A stretch of DNA of 64,000 bases from Saccostrea cucullata (lineage: Eukaryota): contig NW_026938415.1 in NCBI RefSeq assembly GCF_032062105.1, positions 1 through 64,000 of the forward strand. Reading direction: 5' to 3'. Shown here piece after piece: positions 50,797-63,770 of the stretch. The translations under genes were made by a program, and so were the position numbers. Position 1 is the first letter of the stretch; each line of letters starts with the position of its first letter. The notes under the pieces were generated by a model. The model ran no database searches. It was not told where the DNA came from and worked only from the letters and a program-made list of their open reading frames with translations.

Positions 50797-51265
50797 ACTG
50801 TCATGATCGGGCAAACAGAAATATGTGTAGACAAGTAAGTGTATAAATAATGAGCTCACAATTAGTATGAAAATATTCAGTCTCCATTCGACTTAATAAA
50901 AGATAGCATTTGCTGACAAAGTCATTGTATTGAACATATTATGATGGATTCAAACGAGACTTTTGATATCCAGTTTTCATCAGATAGTCTGTCAATAGCT
51001 TGCCTCGTTTTAGAACGTCGTGCATTGTTATGCCATTATTATTTAATAAAAAAAACATCAACAGCTGTCTGCGATATCAAATTGAAATGCCTGAACTTAA
51101 ATTTATCGTAAATTTAGGGAATGGTTGTATAAAATGTTAAAATCTCGTAGGTTCGATGCTATGATGAAGGAGATGGAGATAACGAATAGTATTCAATATC
51201 AAAGTCCATAAATCAATACAAAATAGGAGCAGAGCAAACACTGACCTCTAAAACATCAGAAGTGT
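50797..51265 (-). mobile_element. Old Naiad-like Penelope fragments
   Basis: Diverged copies of the gtcatgatcggg...cctcgttttagaa and ggagataacgaa...ggagcagagcaaacac blocks. Confidence 0.55.
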
Positions 51266-51787
51266 TAAACTGAGGTGTAGCATTTGGTTAAAATATATTT
51301 ATAATTGTCAAAAAATCTAAAAATTCTTTCTTAAATACCCACATCTGACTTACACCACTTCTTACATATACTTTTGAAGTTTCTCCTATACTGCTGTTCA
51401 CAGTTAAGTTAGTAGTAAAGAAAGAAGTTTTGGTAAAGAACAAATACTATAACCGGCGTATCTTTGTTTGCAAGAAATTTTATGTAGTTAAGAATCCAGT
51501 ATAAGTTTCAGGTAAAGGCATGTTACATTTGTTACATTTGATATATACTTCCTTTTCATTTTTAGCCTTTGTGACCAATATAGTACTTTATTTAGTACGT
51601 ATAATATGGTAAAATTGTTTCAATATTTAGCCATTGAGCACATCTTAAAATTATTTAAGCTCAGTACGTACACAAGTTACACGTGATGTGAAGCTCTGGT
51701 GCCCTCCGGTGAAATACAATAAATATTGTTTTATCAGTTTTCTTACCGATATTAATTTTTTCAGATTATTGACAGAATATCAGAAAA

Positions 51788-53359
51788 ATGCCACTACAAT
51801 CACAAGAATTTATGGCAGGGCCGATGATGAATTTACATTCAAGCCATAAGGAATCCAATGCAAATAAAGTTACCTCAGTAAACAAAAACAAATTAACATC
51901 ACAACCTGGTGTATCAGCCTCTCAGTCAGCCAAGAAATCAGTTTCAGGGAAAGTTAAATCTAATGCAGGAAATCCGACAACGAATCCAACATCTCAGTCC
52001 GGAGAGGTTGACCCTGAAACGATTTCTGCAGACGAACAACTCGATGAAAATCAAATGCAATCAAAATCAGAAAAACCTACAAAAAAGAAAAAAGATGAAA
52101 AAGTTTCAAAGAATGTAGATTCAGAATCAGAAGAACAGACCGCAAAACCAGCAGATCAAGCTGAAGAGGTAGACACTCAAAGCTTTTATGCAGCCGAAAA
52201 ATCGATTCAAAATCAAATACCATTAAATACAGCAGAATATCCACCCAAGACAACCGAAAACAAATATTCTTTTAAACCGTTAGAATCTAGTTGGAATGCA
52301 GAAACACAACTTACACCCAAGAGAATTGCCAGTAAGGATGATTTATCTTTACAAACTGATGCGACATCAAAAGCATCTGCTCGGTCAGCAACGCAATTCG
52401 CTTCAGAGGAAGCATCTTCTGACAGAATAGGACCAGTTGCAAAACCAAATGCTCAACACTCTCAGTCAAATGCGAGGTTTAAAGATCCAGAATCAGCTAC
52501 AAAATCAGCTGCAAATCCAGTGACTGTTAACGTTGCTTCCAACAATGTTGGATTCAACGAATGTCCCAAAACAAATTTGTTGTCAATCAAACATGACACT
52601 CCAAGCGTTAAAGATTCCGCTGAGAAAACCCTATCACTATCCAATGAAAAAACAACAGAAACTGAAATAAAAGAAAAGCAGAATTCATCTTTGAGTTACA
52701 TTTCGAAATTATCAACCAATGCCGAATCTAAAACTCCAGGAAAAGAAAGCAGAAAAACAAATGCACAATCACCAACTCAATCAGCTGAAAAGAAAGTATT
52801 TTCTAAACCAGAATTTGCTATAAAACCACCTGTTAGTTCAGCGAATAACAACGTTGCATCCGATGGTGATGGATCCTCAATGAGGTCAATAGAGGAATGG
52901 CCGCCAAATAAATTTGCCACTTCAGATGATAAACCGTCTGTTGAAAACACACCTTCAATGTCCGTCGAAAAAACAAAAGAAGATGAACAAAAAATGGGAC
53001 AGAATAAATCTTCGAATTACTTGTCCGACCAATCAACCAACGTCGGAACTCTATTATTGGAAAAGACAGGCAACCCATTGGTTGCCATTGCGATAGCGGT
53101 TGGTGTGGAAATTGTATTTGTATCGTTCGAACTTTACAACATTCACAAAATTAAAATCGATGATTCCATGACTAGAAGACAGAGAAGAAGGGCAATGTTT
53201 TCATCTGTAATTGCTGTAGGGGCTGGTTTATTTGCATGGTTTGTCGGTGGGTTATATATTCCAAATTCTTTTGGGGGGAAATGTCTTGTATATGTTGCTT
53301 TTCGTTTTGGGGGTAAGTTCCTAGGAAAGCAATTCTTTGAAAAACTTTTTCCGTTTTAG
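51788..53359 (+). CDS. Uncharacterised 523-aa protein: long disordered S/T/K/E/N-rich region + C-terminal hydrophobic, Gly-rich membrane segments
   Basis: 1.57-kb open frame in AT-rich DNA. An upstream acceptor (tttttcag, 51764) is followed by an in-frame TGA before the ATG, so the gene has a single coding exon. Hydrophobic stretches are LVAIAIAVGVEIVFVSF and VIAVGAGLFAWFVGGLYIP. Confidence 0.75.
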   Translation: MPLQSQEFMAGPMMNLHSSHKESNANKVTSVNKNKLTSQPGVSASQSAKKSVSGKVKSNAGNPTTNPTSQSGEVDPETISADEQLDENQMQSKSEKPTKKKKDEKVSKNVDSESEEQTAKPADQAEEVDTQSFYAAEKSIQNQIPLNTAEYPPKTTENKYSFKPLESSWNAETQLTPKRIASKDDLSLQTDATSKASARSATQFASEEASSDRIGPVAKPNAQHSQSNARFKDPESATKSAANPVTVNVASNNVGFNECPKTNLLSIKHDTPSVKDSAEKTLSLSNEKTTETEIKEKQNSSLSYISKLSTNAESKTPGKESRKTNAQSPTQSAEKKVFSKPEFAIKPPVSSANNNVASDGDGSSMRSIEEWPPNKFATSDDKPSVENTPSMSVEKTKEDEQKMGQNKSSNYLSDQSTNVGTLLLEKTGNPLVAIAIAVGVEIVFVSFELYNIHKIKIDDSMTRRQRRRAMFSSVIAVGAGLFAWFVGGLYIPNSFGGKCLVYVAFRFGGKFLGKQFFEKLFPF

Positions 53360-54836
53360 CGCGAACAGTGAAAATGCTGATCAAAATTCGGTGTAGAATC
53401 TCAAAGTTTATTTACTTCTCCATAAAAGTAATTAATCGAATAATTAATTTAAGTTTTTTCATGCTTTTTTTAAATGAGCAAACATATTTTTTATTTTAAA
53501 AAAATCTAAAAATGTAATACTGGTAATTTATTTCGAACCTCAAAAATTAAGTATTATTTTAGAGATATATTAACTTCCATTTACCAAATGGCAAACATTG
53601 ATCATTTTTGTCTTGAAAGAAGTGTTTAATGAGGGTGGTAAAGGTAAAAAAAAACGTTGAGCGAACAACTTAAATTTTTAAATCATACTGATATATAAAA
53701 CATACTAATTTTTCAGAATAATCACACTCAATTGCAAAATCAACACAATATTAATGAAAGTAACTGTTGTTAATTATTGATAAAAAGTCATCTATTTATC
53801 TGAACGTCGAGTTGAGGGAAACAGCAAGATTATTCTTTTTCTCATGTAGAAGTTTTTTTGAATAAATTTAAACCCCTTTCAAACAGCTATAGCCTTTTCC
53901 ATGACACGAAACAGTTTTGAATATTCACGTGAATGCTGGTGATGCAAAATCTAATGGAAAGCCACACACTTCTACAAGAAGGCTCGTGATGAAAGAACAT
54001 AAAGATGCTAAGAAGGATATGGAGATAACGAACAGTATTCAATCTCAAAGGCCATAAAACAATTCAAAATAAGAGAAGAGCAAAAACAATAAAAGCTGAA
54101 GGCCACGAAGGACGCTTGAGAGGAATTACCTTTCTGCATCACACAGCAATAACCATCTCAGTTTAATGAAACTTGAAAGAAACTTGCTGAATTAAATAAC
54201 AGGTACTTGCAAGAAAGCGTCAAACCCCGTATACATTGGAGACAAACTTATTTTCCCAAATGAAACTGTTTATAAAGATTTGACACTCACTATGACGGAG
54301 AAATCAATTCAGCGCTTCTTTGGTTGAGGTTAACAACTACGCTGTGTGAAACTTTTATTTAAAAAATTGGTTGATCTTGTGTATGGATGTGTCAACTATA
54401 ATATTTTTATTTATCGATTCAAAGACAATATCGATGTCATCCACGAAGGCGCTAATGGGAGTTTTGCAAGATCAAAACCACATTGCTGTTGTCATATAGT
54501 GATATCAAATATTGTGCGTAAACATCTCCGACAAAACGTTTCCAAACAAAGGAAAACAAGACGGTAGATGGTTTGGATAAACTTTTTTAATTGTCCAAGT
54601 TTATCTACTTTGCAGAGCTCTTCAGATATTTTACATCATAGCACTTTTTTCAGGTTATACTGACTTATGCATGTATTGCCTTTTTGTGAAAATTGGTGTA
54701 TATATGCAATGCGGAAATTAATTCCGTTTTTGTTTTAAATATTTCCAGACCTCGTAATTTAAGCATGAGCTTTGATATTTAGTTTAATTTTTTTTTCTTT
54801 TGTTTTGGGAAACACTTGGTCTATCGTTTCCAGTTG

Positions 54837-56748
54837 TTTAAACTCGTCTGAGCTGAAAGCTCAAGTAAGCATTTCTGATCACCCTTTGTCCATCGTCTGT
54901 CCTCAATCTGTCCTTCTGCTGCACGTTAACTTTTTCTGTAAACTTTTAACATTTTTAACTTCTTCTCAAGAACCATTGGGCCAATTGTTACCAAAATTAT
55001 TAAAAAAGCATCCATGGGTTAAGGGAAGTTTAAATCATTAAATGAAAGGCCCAACTCCTCTAAAAGGGAGATAATCAAGAAAAGACAAAAATAGGGTGGG
55101 GTAATTTGAAAACCGTTATGCCAGAGAAGCTGTACCTTACGTTAAAGCATCCTGGGGTAGTGTAAATTAAAACAAGTCCAAGTCATGCCCCGGGGTAGGG
55201 CGGGACCACAAAAGGGAAATAAAGTTTTACATTGAAATATGTATATTTTATCTTTTTAAAAAACCTTCTCAAGAATCAATGGGCCAGAAAAGCTAAAAGT
55301 TACGTAGGACTATGCTGGCGTAGTGTATATTATATAAATGGTGCCTGTTTTGGAGGGTAACAGTTGAAATTGGCACCCCAAGGAAAACCATTGTCAACCG
55401 ACGCGTCAGCTTCTTCTCAAGAACATCTAGGCCAGAAAAGACGAAACTCACGCGGGGGCATCCTCAGGTAGTGTATATTCAAGTTCAAATCATGACCCCC
55501 AGGGGAATGGTGGGACCACAATGAGTGATAAAAGTTTAACATTGGAATACACAGGAAAAATGTTTTAAAATCTTCTTCTGAAGAATATCAGGACCAGGAA
55601 AGATGAAACTCAAGTGGAAGCATCCTCAGGTAGTGTAGATCTAAGTTTGTTCAAATTATGACCCCTGGGGTAGGGTGGGGCCAAAAGGGTGTATCAAAAT
55701 AACAAAGAAATACATAAGAATAATCTTTAAAAATCATCTCAAGAACAGCAATGCCATGATTCATCGGTCATACTTATAAGGAAGCATCCTCTGGTAGTGT
55801 AGATTCAAGTTTATACAAATTATGACCCCTAGAGGTAGGGTGAGGCCACAATGGGGTATCAAAGTGTAACATAGGAAAACATAGGGAAAATCTTTTAAAA
55901 TCTGAAGAACAGCAATGCCATGATTCATTGGTCGTGGTTATATGGAAGCATCCTGTGGTACTGTAGATTCAACTTTTTTTTTCAAATCATGACCCCAAGC
56001 AGTAGGATGGGGCCACAATGGGGTTTCAAAGTTTAACATAGGAATACATAGGGAAAATATTTTAAAATCTCTTCTCAAGAACAGCAAAGCCATTACTGGT
56101 CAGAGTAATATGACAGCATCCTCCGGTAGTGTCAATGCAGGTTTGTTCAAATCATGACCCCAGGGGGTTTGGTGGGGTATCAAAGTTTGACATAGCAGTA
56201 CATAAAAAAAATGTTTAAAAATCATCTCAAGAATAGTAAAGCTTAACTTATAAAAAAGTACCCTCAGGTAGTTTACATGTAGAATGATTCAAGTTCTTCA
56301 AATCATAACCTCGGAGCAAGTGTGGGACCATAATGGGTGATCAAATCTTTAATAAGGATAACAAAGAAAAAAATCTTTAAAATTCTTCTTCTGGAGAACA
56401 ACAAAGATGTGATTGTTTACATTTAAATTGAAGCATCCTCGGGTAGTGTAGATTGAAGTTTGTTCAAATCATAACCCCCACCCCCAGGTAGAGCGGGGTC
56501 ACAATGGGTGATCAAGATTTTATGTAGGAATACATACTAGGAAAAATCATTAAAATTCTTCATAAGAACAACAAAGCCATGATTAATCATATAAATAGAA
56601 GCATAAAAAAATAGATTAAGTTTTGTTGAAATACCCCTTCCCCTTCCGAACCTACTTTTATATTTAAACTTTTCAACACTGAACTGATTGTTGCTTTTAC
56701 CTAGCTTACATGTTCCGGTGAGCGATGTGGCCCTTGGGCCTCTTGTTT
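54837..56748 (+). mobile_element. Older complete HINE (Helentron-type) with ~10 diverged ~166-175-bp satellite units
   Basis: 5' hairpin ctgagctgaaagctcaag, degenerate GTCC tract, units with cttctcaagaac..gaagcatcct..gtagtgtagattc..catgacccc, and 3' end ggtgagcgatgtggcccttgggcctcttgtt. Confidence 0.82.
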
Positions 56749-57675
56749 ACATTTGTATGCTGAAGTGTGAATTTTTTTTAAGTGGTGATTATATCGGATA
56801 CTTCATGTTTTAATTATTGTTTACAAATGACTGACTCTGTGGAAATTGGATCGGTGATTTGCCAAGGACTGGCAAAACCTCGGACATCTCGCCCTAGATG
56901 CTTCACCAAAATCACTTTTTGGTGCTTTTGATACCCTGGGTTTTCAGTTATTTAGACCTGACTTAAAAACAAAACTAAGACAAAAATCATCTGGAATGGC
57001 TAAATAAAAAAGATTCACCACCCTAACAAATTCCCTCTTGCTATATGTAGTGATTTTTTTTCCTTTTGAGCTAAGAACTAGCACAGCTACAAACTATAAT
57101 ATTATTCTACCCAAAATTAAAAAAAAAATAGAATCGACAAATACTATCACTAATAGGTTGTGCCACCATTGACAAGTGTTTGGTGAAAAAAAAAAACAAA
57201 TATTGCGTAAGAGATGTGTATCAATTTACAATTTTAAATTATCATTTTTGATAAACAATTTGATTTGTGGAAGAGAATATTTTTACACTTTTGACAAGTC
57301 TTTTAACCCTTTTATTGAATGTAATTTAATGTAGTTTATCTCTAGGTTTTTTCTTCAATATTCCATATTCAAATTGATGGACAAATGATGTATTTTCGTC
57401 TTTTAGCAAACTTCATAATCTTCCTGCTACATTTCAGTCTCTTCCGATAAGTATGTGGATGAATGTATCGTGTAAATAAAATCAATTGTATACTGTTTTG
57501 CATCAATTTATATATGCATATCAATATATATTCAATGAAAAAATGTTAATTAAAAATAAACTTTAGAATAATTGCGTTTGGAATAAACATCAGTCTTAGG
57601 TACATCGAAGTTAATGGCTCCGCTGTCTGAAATTTTGAGGGTAGGATACAAGGGGTCAGTTACCACTTTTAGGTT

Positions 57676-58227
57676 TTTGAACATAATTCATACAAGATTA
57701 AGACATAATTGTATTTCAAATTCTGACTTATATCGCTGTAACCTAATGGCCAGTCCTAATTGTTATTGTGGACTATTAGTAGGTGGACTATTAGAAGATG
57801 CACATCATTTGTTTTTTGTTTGTAAATATTATGTAAAAGCAAGAAATTCCTTAATGAATAAGCTATTGTCATTTAATTATTTACATGTTATAGATGTACA
57901 TTTAATGCTATGGTGTGATGATTCTCTTACTATTGAACAAAATGCTGAACTTTTCAAGACTATTAAAACTCTCTTAAATGAATGTGGTCGTTTTTCAAAA
58001 TAATTTTACCTTTTTTTCTCTTACCATCTCAAATTATATATTTGTACATTTTAAGAATTTATTGCTACGATGTATACAATGTATGTAGTAGACCATATGT
58101 ATATATGTTTTTTTTTTTTATTTTGGCCATTTTACAAAATGTTATATTAGGAGAGGACTATCTAAGTTACTGAACTTGTGTCAGATTCTTTTGACTTTGT
58201 CAATAAAATATGTTCAATTCAATTCAC
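57676..58227 (+). mobile_element. 3' end of a CR1-group non-LTR retrotransposon
   Basis: NIIHTRLRHNC...SPNCYCG...EDAHHLFFVC..Y...R (C-terminal zinc region), then a 3'UTR ending aataaaatatg(ttcaa)n. Confidence 0.7.
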
Positions 58228-58398
58228 AACTTTTATGAGAAAATGATGATAGTACCATCTCTAGTTTCTGAGATATAGCCCTCCAGTTTTTAGATGGTAC
58301 AATCGCCATTTTTCATAGAAGTTCCCTACCCTCAACATTTCAGACCCCGGGGCAGGGGACTTTGATGTCCCCGAGCCCGATGTTTATTACTGTAGTAT

Positions 58399-58606
58399 TA
58401 TTGTTTACAGGGAAATTTTCGCCCAGTTTTATTTTCTCCCCTTTCACCCTCTCCTTAATTGTGCAAATTTAAAACGGGGTGAATTCAAATTAAAACTCAT
58501 GGTTTCTTAAACAGAACTATGACTGGGCGAGCTTAAAACGCTTAAAATTGTTCACAGGTTCAAACGGCGAAAATAACACGGGGCGAAAATTACCCTGTAT
58601 ACAGTA
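58399..58606. mobile_element. ~210-bp MITE (TA-flanked, Tc1/mariner-like)
   Basis: Imperfect TIRs tattgtttacagggaaattttcgccc and gggcgaaaattaccctgtatacagta. Confidence 0.6.
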
Positions 58607-60224
58607 TATAGAAGGCTTAATAAACTAGAGAGCCAGAAACTACAGATGGTACCATTTTTTCCATAGAAGTGGTAACTGACAACTACTACCCTTGTAAACC
58701 TATAGGGTTTAGCACAGACATATTGTTTGAACATTTTGAACTTAGACAATATTAATATCATAATCATTATTAATTTGTAGTGAAAGTAAAATGATATAAA
58801 GGTTTATTAAATCAGAATGTATATTATCAGTGACTCAAATTCGATGACTTTATAATTGGAAAAAGGACTTTAAGTTTGTAAACTATTATTATCTTGTTAA
58901 AACAAATTGGATTTTGTTGTTGTTCCAATGCATTATAATTTTGTAAATCATTTTCTTAATGAAATTGATCAGAATAGACCATTCAAGCCCATCAATAGTA
59001 AGTAATAAAAATTTGAACGGAAATACAACGGAATTATATTAAAGATGTTTGACCAAGAGCAATAAGACTGGGTACTTTGAAGTAAATAAGTAAAAAAGCT
59101 TAGGGCTAGAACTCCTGTGGTGTAGAGATGGGGACTGAGCCCATAAATATTATTAATGAGTATTTACCTGTATTTTAGGGTGGTGTCATGTTGGGGTTCA
59201 TAGGTCAACGGACAGACCTACGGACAAAGCGTAGGTGGTGAGTGATGGTGGGTTAGCCAATGAAATGCATTTTTATATCCGGGACCATGGATACCCACTG
59301 AGCACAAAATACCCTGTTTTGGTCAGAAAAGAGCATTCCCATTCTTACTCTGATATTCGTAAATTCTTAATTCTTTATTCGCACTTTATTCTATTTTTGG
59401 GAATCATTCTTTTGGACTTTATGCTTCTCTATTTATTGGGAGTTCGGTCTTCAGCTCTTTGTATTTTGGACGGGTCCTTTGGACATTTATATAAAAAGTG
59501 TATTGGTCTGTTCTGATCATATTTCAGAAACGATTAATTATAAATGTATATGATCATGGTGAATTTGTCAATTCGATCTGATTTAATAAACTTTGAAAAT
59601 CAACCAAAGTTTCTTGATTGCCTTACACCCTACCCGCAAAATTTCAGACCCTGGAGAGCCATTTATCAGAACCTGGAGATGGGGTCATCGCTTCTTATCT
59701 GCGTTCCAAAATCTGATTGCCAATTAAACTAGACTAGTCTATATACAATACACCTCGGACTTTATTATCAATTCAAAATGTTCAAAATGTTCAAAATTCA
59801 AAATGTTCGATTATTAGCACAGATTAACAAGGTGAAATATGAACCTTTACTTATTCTAGGAAAGTTGATGTGAATCGTACTGCAGAAAGAATAAAAAAGA
59901 ATATCGCAGTTTCAGGTAACAATAACCAAAAACAAATAAAACAGTGAAATGATAACGAGTCAACACTTTTTTTCATTTAGTCACTCTAAGAACAAACTCA
60001 GGTGATCTACTTAAAAGCCATCGTCCCTGATTAGAACAGACATGACATCAAAAGATCTCTAGTTCATTAAATGATGGGAATTTTTTTTGTGCAAACTTGA
60101 ATCTACACTAGCAGGGGATTCTTCAATACTTTTTTAATTAATTATTATTTTAAAAGATTTTAAAACATTATACTACAAGTTTTATTTTGAAGTGTGTATC
60201 CTTACCTCCTGTGGTAATGGTTTT

Positions 60225-60480
60225 GGAGATAACTAACAGTATTCAATATCAAAGTCCATAAAAAATACAAATAGGAGCAGAGCAAACGCGGACCTCCGAA
60301 ACACAGAGGTGGGATCAGGTGCCATGGAGGAGTGAGCATCCCTTGCATGCTGACCGGTCAAACCCACCGCTTGCTCCTTGTCATGATCGGGAAATAACGG
60401 AATAATCCGTCGTCAATTCAGGTGTATGAAATAGACTTACAATAAGTATGAAAAACGTCAGTCAGCATTTGACTCAATGA
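60225..60480 (-). mobile_element. Naiad-like Penelope 3'-end fragment
   Basis: Complete conserved 3' block, ggagcagagcaaacgcggacctccgaaacacagaggtgggatcaggtgccatggaggagtgagcatccc. Confidence 0.78.
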
Positions 60481-61074
60481 TATATCCAGCTCATTTATTA
60501 AGCTTTTTGTGGTTTAAAATTTTAGATTATTACTATAGTATTTTGAATAAGTCATTTCCTTCCTTGAATCGCATTACACTTTTCTCACAAATTGACCTCG
60601 CAGATCTACAGATCACATCACATTACTCAGGACAAAAAAACAACAGAAGCTGTTATAAAATCACACTAGTAAAGTTTGTAAAAACAGCTTCTGGGATAAG
60701 GAAACGGCTGAAACTGATTTCATCTTCAAAAAAACAATCTTTAAAAAGGTGCCATTCAATGCAAAACTAATACAATCCATGAGAAAATGTAAAAAAGAAA
60801 ATTAAGTGAGGCTTGTATTGATTATTGAAGAAAAGGAAGTATCTATATTTGCATTGTATATTTGTTAGTTTTATTACATTTTTACCACCGAAGTACTATA
60901 CATTTATGGATTATGTTCTCGGGCAAAATGCGTTTTGTCGGATTCAAGAACCAAACTGTCTGGCAGTTTTTCGAGATCGACAAAACGCATTTTTACATGT
61001 ATACATATATGTTGTACTGTCCTCTGTGAAGTAACCTCAGATCATTCAACATCTCACTCAGCGGTCCAACATCG

Positions 61075-61120
<46 letters not shown>

Positions 61121-61190
61121 CATTTTGTCCGTCGTCCGTCCGTCTGTCCGTCCGTCTGTCCGTCTGTCTGTCCGTCTGTAAACTTTTCAC

Positions 61191-61227
<37 letters not shown>

Positions 61228-62718
61228 TGACCAATCTTGGTACAAAGCATCCTTGGGTAAAGGGGAATTTAAATTGTTAAAATGAAGGGACATATCCCCT
61301 CGCAAGGGGAGATAATGAAGAAAAGACAAAAATAGGGTGGGGTCATTAAAAAATCTTCTTCTCAAGAACCACTGGGCCAGAAAAGCTGAAACTTATGTGG
61401 AAGCATCCTGGGGTAGTGTAGATTCTAAATTGTTCAAATCATGACCCCCAGGGGAAGGGCGGGGCCACAATGGGGTATCAAAGTTTTATATAGAAATATA
61501 TTGGAAAAATCTTTGAAAATCTTCTTCTCAAGAACCACTGGGCCAGAAAAGCTGAAACTTATATGGAAGCATCCTGGTATAGTGTAGATTCTAAATTGTT
61601 CAAATCATGACCCTCGGGGGAAGGGCGGGGCCACAATGGGGAATCAAAGTTTTATATAGAAATATATAGGAAAAATCTTTGAAAATCTTCTTCTCAAGAA
61701 CCACTAGGCCAGAAAAGCTGAAACTTATGTGGAAGCATCCTGGTATAATGTAGATTCTAAATTGTTCAAATAATGACCCCCGGGGGATGGGTGGGGCCAC
61801 AATTGGGAATCAAAGTTTTATATAGAAATATATAGGAAAAATCTTTGAAAATCTTCTTCTCAAGAACCACTGGGCCAGAAAAGCTGAAACTTATATGGAA
61901 GCATCCTGGTATAGTGTAGATTCTAAATTGTTCAAATCATGACCCTCGGGGGAAGGGCGGGGCCACAATGGGGAATCAAAGTTTTACATAGAAATATATA
62001 GGAAAAATCTTTGAAAATCTTCTTCTCAAGAACCACTGGGCCAGAAAAGCTGAAACTTATGTGGAAGCATCCTGGTATAATGTAGATTCTAAATTGTTCA
62101 AATAATGACCCCCGGGGGATGGGTGGGCCCACAATGGGGAATCAAAGTTTTATATAGAAATATATAGGAAAAATCTTTGAAAATCTTCTTCTCAAGAACC
62201 ACTGGGCCAGAAAAGCTGAAACTTATGTGGAAGCATCCTGGTATAGTGTAGATTCTAAATTGTTCAAATCATGACCCCCAGGGGAAGGGCGGGGCCACAA
62301 TGGGGAATCAAAGTTTTACATAGAAATATATAGGAAAAATCTTTGAAAATCTTCTTCTCAAGAACCACTAGGCCAGAAAAGCTGAAACTTATATGGAAGC
62401 ATCCTGGTATAGTGTAGATTCTAAATTGTTCAAATCATGACCCCCAGGGGAAGGGCGGGGCCACAATGGGGAATCAAAGTTTTACATAGAAATATATAGG
62501 AAAAATCTTTGAAAATCTTCTTCTCAAGAACCACTGGGCCAGAAAAGCTGAAACTTATATGGAAGCATCCTGGTATAGTGTAGATTGTAAACTGTTCAAA
62601 TCATGACCCTCGGGGGAAGGGCGGGGCCACAATGGGGAATCAAAGTTTTATATAGAAATATATAGGAAAAATCTTTGAAAATCTTCTTCTCAAGAACCAC
62701 TGGGCCAGAAAAGCTGAA
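61075..62718 (+). mobile_element. Young HINE (Helentron-type) carrying an array of 166-bp satellite units (Cg170/HindIII-like), 3'-truncated
   Basis: 5' end ttttagctcacctgagccgaaggctcaagtgagc, then (GTCC/GTCT)n at 61126-61178. ctcaagaacc recurs at 61361, 61527, 61693 and onward (166-bp period, 8 full units). Confidence 0.92.
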
Positions 62719-63770
62719 TATGATTCGATACGCAAGAGCATGCTCTAGAACAATTTCTAAAACGAGGTAAATTATTTACAAGCAAGTTGATGAAACAAGA
62801 ATATCATCAGTCTCGTTTAAAGTCATCATTTCGTAAGTTCTTTGGTCGATCCAATGACCTTGTCACCAAATACAATTTATCATTGACTCAAATGCTGACT
62901 GACGTTTTTCATTCTGATTGTTAGTCCATTATTTATACACTAAATTGACGACGGATTTTCCCGTTATTTCCTGATCATGACAAGGAGCACACGGTGGGTG
63001 TGGCTGGTCAGCAGGGATGCTCACTCCTCCATGGCACCTGATACCACCTCTGATGTTTCGGATTTCCTATTTTGTATTGTTTTATGGACTTTGAGATTGA
63101 ATACTGTTCGTTATCTCCATATCCTTCTTTTTAAACAAATTTTGCTTTATGTGAATGCAGAAATAGGTTTGCTAATGACGGAGTACAGTTGGTACCCATG
63201 GGATTTCCAACATATTGTTGGAAGACCTGATCTCTCAAGACCATGTACACATGTAGATATTGTCAATCAGAAACTTAGGCATATTCAAAACAATCTATGG
63301 AGTAGTTGTGTGTACAATCAGAATGTTTTAACGATATTTCGCAAATTACCGATCCCAAGGTTGGTAATATTTACAAGTTCCGTTAAAAACAGCTGTCAAT
63401 TATAACAAAACGACTGAATTTTAATTTTATCATGGAGAATGGTTGCATATAAAGTTGAAAAGTCATAAGATTTTATATTGTTGATTTTGGGAAACATTTT
63501 AAGATTTCTGAAAGTTATTTGAAGTTTTTATGAATCCACATGAATCTGATTTATATATTCACTTTTTGAATATATTATTGCGCAGTTACACTACACTTAA
63601 TATTTTAGTGCGGATTAAAGAAAGAGGCTTGGTAGAACATTTACTGAATCCCGGCATGTATTTTTATTTCAAATTTATTTTCGTTGTTGGGAATATTTGC
63701 AATATTCAAATCTGACATAATAATATTGAAGATTTTCCTCCTTAGAGAGGGAGCTCTGGGTATACGTTCG
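62719..63770. mobile_element. Naiad-like Penelope fragments (+ 62719-63130; older - pieces to ~63770)
   Basis: IRYARAC...QFLKRGKL...SRLKSSFRKF.GR followed by the 3' block; the fragment begins exactly where the satellite array stops. Confidence 0.75.

Noticed and set aside
61361-62718. Regularly spaced repeats that might be read as a CRISPR array (likewise 13335-13441 and 20718-21270)
   Set aside because: The units are contiguous with no unique spacers, there are no cas genes, and the context is eukaryotic.
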